Shown here in pieces: positions 8,739-16,528 of a DNA stretch of 64,000 bases. This DNA is from a bacterium (GTDB lineage Bacteria; Bacillota_I; Bacilli_A; RFN20; CAG-826). Within the stretch, counting starts at the first letter, position 1, and each line of letters opens with the position of its first letter. The position numbers and the translations under genes are program-made. The notes beneath the pieces are model-generated. The model was not told the DNA's origin. It worked only from the letters and a program-made list of their open reading frames with translations, and ran no database searches. The stretch lies in assembly GCA_963651445.1 (NCBI GenBank), contig CAVJPU010000001.1:129094-193093 (forward strand), read 5' to 3'.

Positions 8739-9458
8739 ATGGGTAATATCGTTTATGGGAAGAACCCTGTGGAAGCGGCTGTGAACGCTAACCACGTCAA
8801 GACGCTCTATGTCGCTGAACGCCTTAAGTCCGATTCATTTGCTCAGCATTTGACCTCCCAAGGCGTGAAAACGAAATACGTCTCTGACGCGGAGCTAGAA
8901 AGGCTTGCCCAGACTAAGTTCACCCAAGGTTATGTCGCCGAAGTTAATGAGTATAGGCTTTATTCCCTTTCTGAACTCATTAGTGATGCCAAGACGAAAC
9001 AATATCCCCTTATCGCCATGCTAGACGGCATCGAGGATCCTCATAACCTGGGTGCTATCTTGCGTAGCGCCGATGCCTTCGGTGTCGACGGGGTCATCAT
9101 CAAAAAGAGAGGACAAGTTTCTCTTAATCCGACGGTGGCCAAAGTCTCAACCGGAGCTATCGAATACGTCAAGGTATGCGAAGTAGCCAATCTTTCCCAA
9201 GCCATCAAAACCTTAAAGGACAATGGCTATTGGGTTGTGGCTACCGACGGCTCAGCCACTCAAAATTATGATGACATCGACTATAAGTCCCCAATCTGTG
9301 TCATCATCGGTTCTGAGGGATTTGGCATTTCTCAGCTCGTTCTGCGCAACTCGGACTTCATTGTGAAGATTCCGATGTATGGTCACGTTAATTCGCTTAA
9401 TGCGAGCAATGCGGCCTGCACCCTATTCGCTCAGATCGACCACAACCGCAGACACTAG
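8739..9458 (+). CDS. rlmB: 23S rRNA (guanosine-2'-O)-methyltransferase, SpoU/TrmH family (RlmB/YacO-like)
   Basis: SpoU motifs are present (DPHNLGAILRSADAFG, VIIGSEGFGIS, SLNASNA). Its position after cysS matches Bacillus yacO. The RBS is AAGGAGG. Confidence 0.85.
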   Translation: MGNIVYGKNPVEAAVNANHVKTLYVAERLKSDSFAQHLTSQGVKTKYVSDAELERLAQTKFTQGYVAEVNEYRLYSLSELISDAKTKQYPLIAMLDGIEDPHNLGAILRSADAFGVDGVIIKKRGQVSLNPTVAKVSTGAIEYVKVCEVANLSQAIKTLKDNGYWVVATDGSATQNYDDIDYKSPICVIIGSEGFGISQLVLRNSDFIVKIPMYGHVNSLNASNAACTLFAQIDHNRRH

Positions 9459-9481
9459 GTTCCTCCCTTTCGAGGAATCTT

Positions 9482-10090
9482 ATGAATCTATCCGACCCCC
9501 TCAGCGATGAAGAATTGCTTTTGTTGACGAGAACTGGCGATAACAATGCGTACACGTTGCTAATACGCAGGTTTTTAGGTCCCTCGCGCAAAGGCGATAT
9601 CAATCGTGCATCACCAGGGATTCTAAGGAAATATTCTCTATGGGAAATTTCATCGGTTTCCTTATCGACTTTTTGGGCGTGCATGGATGGGTATCGCTTC
9701 GGGACCGTGCGTTTTCATACCTATTACATAACCTCTCTCCGGTTTAATCTAAATCGATTCGTGCAGAACAAAGAACGTGAAAGGCGTCGTGTCGCATCAT
9801 TGGATGCCACCTTCAATTCCGATAACGATTTTTGTTTGCACGATGTTTTGTCAATCGAAGGCACGATGGATGACCCAAAGAATTTTATCAATTATTACGA
9901 AACCTTAAATGCGATTAAGAAACTTCCAAACTCTATTCCGAAAGAGACACTGGATATCGCCAAAATGAAAGCGAACGGTTTGACCTTCGTTGAAATCGCG
10001 GAAGCCATGAAAATGACCTATCGTCAGGTTTATTCTCGTTACCAGCAATTTTTGGAAAGAGCCAAAAAGCTCATCAAGAAGCCCAATTGA
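9482..10090 (+). CDS. Sigma-70 family RNA polymerase sigma factor, SigH-like (divergent)
   Basis: It sits in the conserved yacO-sigH-rpmG-secE-nusG position. It has an N-terminal region-2-like segment (DEELLLLTRTGDNNAYTLLIRRF) and a C-terminal region-4 HTH (GLTFVEIAEAMKMTYRQVYSRYQQ). Confidence 0.7.
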   Translation: MNLSDPLSDEELLLLTRTGDNNAYTLLIRRFLGPSRKGDINRASPGILRKYSLWEISSVSLSTFWACMDGYRFGTVRFHTYYITSLRFNLNRFVQNKERERRRVASLDATFNSDNDFCLHDVLSIEGTMDDPKNFINYYETLNAIKKLPNSIPKETLDIAKMKANGLTFVEIAEAMKMTYRQVYSRYQQFLERAKKLIKKPN

Positions 10091-10112
10091 TCTTTCATAC
10101 GCGCCTTTGACC

Positions 10113-10141
10113 TTGACACGCGAAGAGAATACGAATATTCT
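10113..10141 (+). promoter_or_regulatory. Candidate promoter for rpmG-secE-nusG
   Basis: TTGACA, 17 nt, TATTCT. Confidence 0.45.
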
Positions 10142-10166
10142 ATTTGCACGCTAAGGTGAGATACTT

Positions 10167-10316
10167 ATGGGTAGGGAAAAGGTGTTTTTAATTTGCTCGG
10201 AATGTCTGTCTCGCAACTATAGCGTCGCTAAGCGAAATGACAGAACCGAAAGGCTCGAAATCAAGAAATACTGTCCGGTCTGCAATCGTCACACATTGCA
10301 CAAGGAAAGCAAGTAG
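10167..10316 (+). CDS. rpmG: 50S ribosomal protein L33
   Basis: This 49-aa ORF is below the track cutoff. It reads [49 protein letters not shown], which contains a C4 zinc ribbon. The RBS is AAGGTGAG. It lies immediately upstream of secE. Confidence 0.9.
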   Translation: MGREKVFLICSECLSRNYSVAKRNDRTERLEIKKYCPVCNRHTLHKESK

Positions 10317-10325
10317 GAGGTTCTT

Positions 10326-10520
10326 ATGACATCACCGAAAAAATACATGAAGGAAGTCGTCAAAGAAGGCAAACGTATCCGTTGGCCGAAGCGTGACGAA
10401 TTATGGCCGGCCATCGTGACCGTCATCGTCATCACTGTCTTTGTTGCAATTTTCCTCGCGATTTGGGATTTGCTTGCCAATAGCATCATCTCCCAGCTTA
10501 AGGACGCCTTTGGCGCATAA
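10326..10520 (+). CDS. secE: Preprotein translocase subunit SecE
   Basis: It is 64 aa with one C-terminal TM helix and a KEVVKEGKRIRWP motif. The position between rpmG and nusG is conserved. Confidence 0.9.
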   Translation: MTSPKKYMKEVVKEGKRIRWPKRDELWPAIVTVIVITVFVAIFLAIWDLLANSIISQLKDAFGA

Positions 10521-10531
10521 GGAGTTATAGA

Positions 10532-11086
10532 ATGGCTACTCAGTTAAGTGAAAAGCAGTGGTATGCGGTTACCACCATGTCTATGCATGAATCCAAAACC
10601 GCCGCGAATTTAATCAAACGTATCACTTCCATGAACATGCAGGATTATATCCTCCGTGTCTTGGTTGCCGAACATGAAGAACCGGTCCTCAAGGATGGCC
10701 TTCCAACTGGCAAAACCAGAATGAAGAACTTCTATCCTGGCTACATCTTCGTCGAAATGATCATGACCGACGAATCTTGGTACATCGTCCGTAACACCCC
10801 GGGCGTCACCGGTATCATCGGTTCCTCTGGCGGTGGTCAGAAACCAACCCCAGTCTCTCGTGAAGAGATTGAACCGGTCCTTAAGAGAATGGGTCTTATC
10901 GACTCCGCGATGTATGACTACTATCACGTCGGTGATAAGGTCAAGATCATCCACGGTGCTCTCGAAGATACCGAAGGCGTCATCACCTCCATCGATCGCG
11001 AAACTGGCCTTGTCCGTGTCGAAACCACCTTCTTCGGCCGTGTCACTCCAGTCGATGTCGACTTCTCCGAAATCGAAAAAGCTTAA
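10532..11086 (+). CDS. nusG: Transcription termination/antitermination protein NusG
   Basis: NGN and KOW domains are present (WYAVTT..., FPGYIFVEM, GDKVKIIHGALEDTEGVI). Confidence 0.95.
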   Translation: MATQLSEKQWYAVTTMSMHESKTAANLIKRITSMNMQDYILRVLVAEHEEPVLKDGLPTGKTRMKNFYPGYIFVEMIMTDESWYIVRNTPGVTGIIGSSGGGQKPTPVSREEIEPVLKRMGLIDSAMYDYYHVGDKVKIIHGALEDTEGVITSIDRETGLVRVETTFFGRVTPVDVDFSEIEKA

Positions 11087-11093
11087 TAAAATC

Positions 11094-11128
11094 AGGCGAG
11101 AAAAATCACATCTCGCCTTTCTTTTTTG
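11094..11128 (+). terminator. Rho-independent terminator after nusG
   Basis: AGGCGAG, an 11-nt loop, CTCGCCT, then TTTCTTTTTT. Confidence 0.75.
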
Positions 11129-11133
11129 TTAAT

Positions 11134-11153
11134 ATATGAACATTGTTTCATAT
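11134..11153. promoter_or_regulatory. Candidate ArsR/SmtB operator ATATGAA-cattgt-TTCATAT (contains a TGAACA half-site)
   Basis: A 7-bp perfect inverted repeat lies just upstream of a TTGCAA-16-TACAAT promoter and the ArsR-family gene. It resembles the TGAACA-containing 12-2-12 operators of CzrA/SmtB-type repressors, from memory. Confidence 0.45.
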
Positions 11154-11215
11154 TTTTATTGCAATATGTATGAAGGTCTATACAATATGGCTTGGAAATA
11201 TGAAGGAGTTTTCAT

Positions 11216-11512
11216 ATGAGCGAAGAATTAACCACCAAGCAATTGAATAAGGTATCCACCATCTTAAAGGCCATGTCCGGCACTTCCAAATTGGAGATTC
11301 TTTATGTCCTTTCCCAAGGCGAGAAATCCGTTAACGCCATCTCTGAAGAATCCGGCTTGTCCCAGTCCCTCGTGTCGCACGCATTAAAAGATTTGAAAAG
11401 CGCGCATTTGATTTCTTATAACCAAGTCGGAAGACAGGTTTTCTATCGTTTGGATGACGAGCATGTCTTAACCATCATCAACGCCATCTTCGAACACTCT
11501 AAGGAGTTCTAA
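11216..11512 (+). CDS. ArsR/SmtB family metal-sensing transcriptional repressor
   Basis: It is a 98-aa wHTH protein (LEILYVLSQGEKSVNAISEESGLSQSLVSHALKDLK...GRQVFYRL). Its stop is adjacent to the start of the ATPase gene. Confidence 0.85.
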   Translation: MSEELTTKQLNKVSTILKAMSGTSKLEILYVLSQGEKSVNAISEESGLSQSLVSHALKDLKSAHLISYNQVGRQVFYRLDDEHVLTIINAIFEHSKEF

Positions 11513-11513
11513 T

Positions 11514-13472
11514 ATGGCTGAGCATTGCAATAATTGCGAAGGACATTCGCACCACCATTCCCACGAACACGAGCATGAGCACGTTGGTGGTTCAAAGGAA
11601 TGGATCATTAAGTTAGTCAGAGTAGTTGTCGCCGTCATCTTTGCCGTCATCGGCTTAACTGTTTGCAGCGAAGAAAAGGTCGGCGTTTGGTGGAACTTTG
11701 CCGTTAATATCTGCGCCCTTATCATCGTTGGCTATGACGTTGTCATCGAAGCGGTGGAAGACATGGTCAAAGAACATGAATTTTTTTCTGAAGAGACCTT
11801 GATGATATTGGCTACCATTGGAGCCTTCTGCTTGCGTTTCTTCGGACCAGATTACAACCAGTTCTTCGATGCCGTCATGGTCATGATTTTGTTCCAAATC
11901 GGCGAGATGTTAGAAGGCTTGGCCACGAATAAGTCCAAAAAAGCCATCAACGACGCGATTGGCTTACGAGCCAAGGTCGCCCATAAAAAAGTTGGCGAAG
12001 AATTCGAAGATTGCGATCCAAAGGACTTGTCAATCGGCGATGATTTCTTGGTACGTGTCGGAGAAATTATCCCGGCTGATGGTTTAATTACCGGAGGCCA
12101 AGGTTCCATCAATATGTCTTCGTTAACCGGCGAATTCGTGCCGGTAAACGCCTCAATTGGTGATGAAGTTCATTCTGGCACCCTTTTGGCAACCGGCTCG
12201 TTAACCGTCAAAGTAACTAAAGATTATGAAGACTCCACAGTGTCAAAAATCATTCATCTTATCGAAGAGGGACAAGAGTCTAAATCCAAAGGCACTCGCT
12301 TCGTCGACAAGTTTGCCAAGATATATACTCCAGTTGTTATTGCCCTTGCTATTTTATTAGCTGTTATCCCGCCACTTTTTATCGGCATCAACGATGCACA
12401 AGTCTGGCAGCATTGGGTGTTCGTTGGCATTTCGGCCCTCATCATTTCTTGCCCGTGTGCCATCGTTATCTCTGTGCCACTTTGCTACTTTGCTTCGCTC
12501 GGTTTAGCCAGCAAAAACGGAATTGTAATCAAGGGGGCAAACCTTTTAGACAAGCTTAATGAAATCAATACGTTGGTAACTGACAAAACCGGTACGCTTA
12601 CCAAAGGTACGTTCTCGGTTTTAAACGTTAAACCTGAAGGAATTTCGGCTGAAGAATTGCTAAAGATTGCCGCCATCGGTGAGTCTCGTTCGAACCATCC
12701 TCTTGCAGGTCCTCTCAAGAAGTTCTTACCAGAGGATTTCTCGGATTCAAAAATCGAAAAGTATGAGGAACTCGCCGGGAAAGGCACGGAACTTGTTTAT
12801 GATGGCTCTCAAATTGCTGTTGGATCCAAACATTTGCTCGATGATTTGGGCATTGAATTCAAAGAAACGGAAGGCGACGGAACGATCGTTTATGTCGTTT
12901 ATCGTGGTGGTTTCATCGGTTCTGTTTGTCTCGGAGATACCATCCGTGAAAACGTCAACGAATTAATCTCGAATTTGCATAAATCTGACATCAAATGCTA
13001 CCTCCTAACCGGAGATAAGGAATCCAATGCCAAAAAGGTTTCGGACAATCTCGGATTGGACGGTTATTACGCCGAGCTCTTGCCAGAAGATAAATTTGCA
13101 CATCTCAAAAACTTCAAAGAAGCCGGGAACGTTGCCTTTGTGGGCGATGGCGTCAACGATGCGCCTTCGATCGCGGCCGCTGATGTCGGATTTGCGATGG
13201 GTGGCATTGGCTCTGACTTAGCCATGGAATCCGCCGATATTGTCATCATGGACGATGATGTTACGAAAGTGGGCAAATCCATCAAAATAGCCAAGATCTG
13301 TCGTGGTTACGTCATCGGATGCCTCATTGCTTCATTGATTGTTAAGCTTTCGATTTTGGTGTTAGCCATCGTCCTTCCTGGCTTCCCATTACTTGCTGCG
13401 GTGGCCGCCGATACGGGCCTCACATTGTTAATGGTGCTGGTGTCCATAAGCATACTTTGGCGTAGGGCATGA
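11514..13472 (+). CDS. Heavy-metal (Zn/Cd/Co-type) translocating P1B-type ATPase
   Basis: The motifs are a CPC transmembrane motif (SCPCAIV), DKTGTLT, GDGVNDAPS and TGE-like SLTGE. The N-terminus is His-rich with a CNNC (MAEHCNNCEGHSHHHSHEHEHEH) in place of an HMA domain. Confidence 0.9.
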   Translation: MAEHCNNCEGHSHHHSHEHEHEHVGGSKEWIIKLVRVVVAVIFAVIGLTVCSEEKVGVWWNFAVNICALIIVGYDVVIEAVEDMVKEHEFFSEETLMILATIGAFCLRFFGPDYNQFFDAVMVMILFQIGEMLEGLATNKSKKAINDAIGLRAKVAHKKVGEEFEDCDPKDLSIGDDFLVRVGEIIPADGLITGGQGSINMSSLTGEFVPVNASIGDEVHSGTLLATGSLTVKVTKDYEDSTVSKIIHLIEEGQESKSKGTRFVDKFAKIYTPVVIALAILLAVIPPLFIGINDAQVWQHWVFVGISALIISCPCAIVISVPLCYFASLGLASKNGIVIKGANLLDKLNEINTLVTDKTGTLTKGTFSVLNVKPEGISAEELLKIAAIGESRSNHPLAGPLKKFLPEDFSDSKIEKYEELAGKGTELVYDGSQIAVGSKHLLDDLGIEFKETEGDGTIVYVVYRGGFIGSVCLGDTIRENVNELISNLHKSDIKCYLLTGDKESNAKKVSDNLGLDGYYAELLPEDKFAHLKNFKEAGNVAFVGDGVNDAPSIAAADVGFAMGGIGSDLAMESADIVIMDDDVTKVGKSIKIAKICRGYVIGCLIASLIVKLSILVLAIVLPGFPLLAAVAADTGLTLLMVLVSISILWRRA

Positions 13473-13477
13473 CGCAC

Positions 13478-13511
13478 AAACGCTCGCTCCAATTGGCGGG
13501 CGTTTTTATTT
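13478..13511 (+). terminator. Rho-independent terminator after the P-type ATPase
   Basis: AACGCTCGC, an 8-nt loop, GCGGGCGTT (one G-U pair), then TTTTTATTTT. Confidence 0.7.
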
Positions 13512-13515
13512 TGTG

Positions 13516-13544
13516 CTTGCGTAGGTATATTCTCGAGCGTATAT
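13516..13544 (+). promoter_or_regulatory. Candidate promoter of the rplK-rplA operon, followed by a roughly 90-nt leader
   Basis: TTGCGT, 17 nt, TATATT. The leader at 13545..13636 could hold the L1 autoregulatory site, but I could not confirm a structure by eye. Confidence 0.4.
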
Positions 13545-13636
13545 TATGTAAACGTGCGACTTAAGAGCGCATAGCGTAGGAGAACGTCAACGACCGTTCG
13601 GACTACTGCATAATTCTCAATTTTAGGAGGAGAATC

Positions 13637-14047
13637 ATGGCGAAAAAAATCGTTAAGGTCCTCAAAATGGAACTCCCAGGCGGAGAAGCCAAACCAGGAC
13701 CAAAGCTTGCTTCCGCAGGCATCCAGATGGCCAAATTCTGCACCGACTTCAATGCGAAGACCGCTGACAGAAGGGGACAGGTCGTCCCAGTCATCATCAC
13801 GGCTTATGAAGATAAGTCGTTTGACTTCGAGGTCAAGACCAGCCCAGTTACTGGCTTAATCTTGAAAGCCGCTGGCATCCAGAAAGGATCCGGCAACCCA
13901 AAACAGATCGTGGGTAAAATCACCAAGGCCCAGTTGAAGGAAATCGCCCAATACAAGTTGGAAGACCTCAACGCTAACGACATCGAGGCCGCGGAGAAAA
14001 TCGTTGCTGGCAGCTGCCGTCAGATGGGCGTTGCCATCGTCGACTAA
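13637..14047 (+). CDS. rplK: 50S ribosomal protein L11
   Basis: The sequence MAKKIVKVLKMELPGGEAKPGPKLASAG... and the conserved cluster position support the call. Confidence 0.97.
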   Translation: MAKKIVKVLKMELPGGEAKPGPKLASAGIQMAKFCTDFNAKTADRRGQVVPVIITAYEDKSFDFEVKTSPVTGLILKAAGIQKGSGNPKQIVGKITKAQLKEIAQYKLEDLNANDIEAAEKIVAGSCRQMGVAIVD

Positions 14048-14059
14048 GGAGGTATCAGC

Positions 14060-14749
14060 ATGAAGTCAGGAAAGAAATACCGCAACGCTGCTGAACTCAT
14101 CGAAAAGGATCGCTTATATTCCATCGATGAAGCCGCCGCTTTACTCAAGAAAACCTCTACCACCAAGTTCGATTCCGCTATCGACATCAGCTTCGCCCTC
14201 AGCGTCAACCCGACCAAGGCCGATCAATTGATTCGTGGCACCATCGTCCTTCCAAATGGCAACGGCAAAACCAAGAAAGTCTTAGCCGTCACTATGAGCA
14301 AACAGCAAGAAGCCAAAGATGCCGGCGCCGAATTCGTCGGTGGCAAAGAATTGCTCGAAAAGATCCAGAAAGAAAACTGGTTCGACTTCGACATCATCGT
14401 CGCTACCCCGGATATGATGGGCGAATTAGGCAAAATGGGCCGTTTGTTAGGTCCTAAAGGCTTAATGCCAAACCCAAAGACCGGAACCGTCAGCATGAAC
14501 ATTGGCGATGCCATCAAAGAAATCAAACGTGGTAAGATCGCTTACCGTGTCGACAGAGATGGCAACCTCAACGTTTCCATCGCTCGCTGCTCCTTCGACG
14601 AAAAGGCCATTGCCGAAAACATCAAGGCCATCGTCGATGTCATCGTCCGTAGCCGCCCAAGCACCGTCAAGGGCACCTACATCAAAAACGCCGTCGTCCA
14701 CACCACCATGGGCCCTGGCATCAAGATCACTTTCGAAGGCCGTAACTAA
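14060..14749 (+). CDS. rplA: 50S ribosomal protein L1
   Basis: It is 229 aa with typical L1 sequence (GTIVLPNGNGKTKKVLAV, LGPKGLMPNPKTGTV). Confidence 0.97.
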   Translation: MKSGKKYRNAAELIEKDRLYSIDEAAALLKKTSTTKFDSAIDISFALSVNPTKADQLIRGTIVLPNGNGKTKKVLAVTMSKQQEAKDAGAEFVGGKELLEKIQKENWFDFDIIVATPDMMGELGKMGRLLGPKGLMPNPKTGTVSMNIGDAIKEIKRGKIAYRVDRDGNLNVSIARCSFDEKAIAENIKAIVDVIVRSRPSTVKGTYIKNAVVHTTMGPGIKITFEGRN

Positions 14750-14918
14750 TCGCCCTTCCTAAGTACCATTACATTGGTGAATTGCTTGCTATACCTAAGA
14801 TAACAACGGGCAAGTGCCTTAATACATACACGTTGTTGAGGTCATTCAATTTCACAAAACTACTCACTAGTTATAGAAAGCATCACATAGTCGACCCAAT
14901 CAGAAAGGAGGAATTAGC
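14750..14918 (+). promoter_or_regulatory. rplJ 5' leader (probable L10(L12)4 autoregulatory leader)
   Basis: A 169-nt non-coding gap lies upstream of rplJ, at the position where Firmicutes carry the L10 leader. A GCTTGC...GCAAGTGC stem is visible. I have not verified the structure against the Rfam model. Confidence 0.45.
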
Positions 14919-15431
14919 ATGAACAAAGAAGTTCTCGCCGCCAAACAAGAAACAGTCGCTGAAATCACTGCCAATCTTGATAACTGCGGATCTCTCACCG
15001 TTGTCTCTTACCAGGGATTAACCGTCAAGGAAACTACCGAACTTCGCCGCACTCTTGCAAGCAAGGGCTGTCACATGGTCGTTTACAAGAACAAGCTCGT
15101 CGAGCGTGCTCTTGAAGCCAAAGGCACTTCCGAGCTTAAGGGATATCTCGAAGGTCCAAACGCCTTCGTCTTCTCCAAAGAAATCTGCGATGGCCCAGCC
15201 GTTCTCCGTAAGTTCGCCCGTATGCACGAAGCTCTCGTCATCAAGGGTGGCTTCGTCGAAGGCAAAGCCTACGATGCCAAAGGCATGAAAGATTTCGCAA
15301 CGATGCCGAACAAGGAAGGTTTGTTATCCATGTTCTGCCAATGCCTGAACGCGCCTATCAGCAAGTTCGCCGCCACCGTGAGCGCTATCGCGGGAAAAGC
15401 TGCCCCAGCCTCTGCTGGCGAAGCCGCTTAA
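14919..15431 (+). CDS. rplJ: 50S ribosomal protein L10
   Basis: It is 170 aa and sits in the conserved rplJ-rplL pair. The RBS is AAAGGAGG. Confidence 0.96.
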   Translation: MNKEVLAAKQETVAEITANLDNCGSLTVVSYQGLTVKETTELRRTLASKGCHMVVYKNKLVERALEAKGTSELKGYLEGPNAFVFSKEICDGPAVLRKFARMHEALVIKGGFVEGKAYDAKGMKDFATMPNKEGLLSMFCQCLNAPISKFAATVSAIAGKAAPASAGEAA

Positions 15432-15454
15432 TTAGCCTATAGGAGGAAATTACC

Positions 15455-15829
15455 ATGGCTGAGAAATTAACCAATGAACAAATCATTGACACCCTCAAAC
15501 AATTGACCGTCGTCGAACTCAACGAATTAGTCAAATTAGTCGAAGAGACCTTCGGTGTCTCTGCCGCCGCCCCAGTCGCTGCTGCTCCAGCTGAAGAAGA
15601 AGCCGTCGCCAAAGGACCAGTCGAGGTTTCCCTCGTCCTCGCCGAAGTCGGCGCTTCCAAAGTTGCTGTCATCAAAGCCGTCCAGGCCATCACCGGCCTT
15701 GGCTTAATGGATGCCAAGAAACTCGTCGATGGCGCTCCATGTGCCGTCAAAGAACACATCAGCCAAGTCGAAGCTGAAACCCACAAAGCCGCTCTTGAAG
15801 CCGCTGGTGCCAAAGTCGAAATCAAATAA
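15455..15829 (+). CDS. rplL: 50S ribosomal protein L7/L12
   Basis: It is 124 aa with an Ala/Glu-rich hinge and the C-terminal domain [15 protein letters not shown]...[10 protein letters not shown]. Confidence 0.97.
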   Translation: MAEKLTNEQIIDTLKQLTVVELNELVKLVEETFGVSAAAPVAAAPAEEEAVAKGPVEVSLVLAEVGASKVAVIKAVQAITGLGLMDAKKLVDGAPCAVKEHISQVEAETHKAALEAAGAKVEIK

Positions 15830-15854
15830 GCTTTCATTTCGTTTTTGACTATTA

Positions 15855-15890
15855 CCCCTTCCCGCAAAGCCGTCGCCTAGCGGGGAGGGG
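15855..15890 (+). terminator. GC-rich hairpin after rplL (partial terminator or attenuator before the MTase-rpoBC genes)
   Basis: CCCCTTCCCG, a 16-nt loop, CGGGGAGGGG forms a 10-bp stem with one G-U pair. Only the weak U-tract GTTTCTG follows. Confidence 0.45.
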
Positions 15891-15919
15891 GTTTCTGCTA
15901 TATAAAAGGAGTCTGAAAA

Positions 15920-16528
15920 GTGCCTCAATACTTCGAAAATATCGACATATCAGACCGCAAAACATACCACTATAACGCAGTTATAAATGGCGTGTCTTAT
16001 CCTTTTATCGGTGCAGACGGAACCTTTTCAAAAGACAGTTTGGACGATGGTACTAAGTTATTGCTTGAAACCATCATCCAAGCTGATCTTGGAACTAAGA
16101 TTCTTGACGTTGGCTGCGGAGCAGGCCCAATCGGACTAATTCTGGCCGCAACCGACAGTAAGAGATCCGTTACCATGTGTGACGTCAATCTCACTGCCCT
16201 TGACCTAGCAAAGCAAAACGCTGAAATAAACGGCGTTTCCAAAAGGGTCAAGATCGTCGAAAGCGACGTTTACCACAACATCAACTCCATCTACGACACG
16301 ATTGTCTCCAATCCCCCTATCCGGGCTGGAAAGAAAGTGACGTATGCCATCTACGACGGCGCGTGCGCGCACCTTGAAGAGGGCGGGTCATTGATAATCG
16401 TCATCAGGCGCAAGCAAGGCGCCGATAGCGTCCAAGCCTACTTAAATAATCTCTTCGGGAACGCGAGCGTGCTCGCTTCGCATAAGGGATATCGTGTCAT
16501 CAAAGCAACGAAGAAAGGAGCAAAGTAA
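15920..16528 (+). CDS. Class I SAM-dependent methyltransferase (RsmC-like small MTS domain; Bacillus YbxB-like)
   Basis: It has the SAM motif [12 protein letters not shown] and the catalytic [10 protein letters not shown]. Its position between rplL and rpoB matches B. subtilis ybxB. It starts at a GTG with AAAGGAG upstream, and its stop overlaps the rpoB ATG (TAATG). Confidence 0.8.
   Translation: MPQYFENIDISDRKTYHYNAVINGVSYPFIGADGTFSKDSLDDGTKLLLETIIQADLGTKILDVGCGAGPIGLILAATDSKRSVTMCDVNLTALDLAKQNAEINGVSKRVKIVESDVYHNINSIYDTIVSNPPIRAGKKVTYAIYDGACAHLEEGGSLIIVIRRKQGADSVQAYLNNLFGNASVLASHKGYRVIKATKKGAK

Noticed and set aside
15385-15867. A 160-aa ORF antisense to rplL and the end of rplJ
   Set aside because: It lies entirely opposite two highly conserved ribosomal protein genes. 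Its Ala/Ser/Thr-rich, low-complexity translation is what the reverse complement of GCN/GAA-rich codons produces. It has no RBS or promoter.
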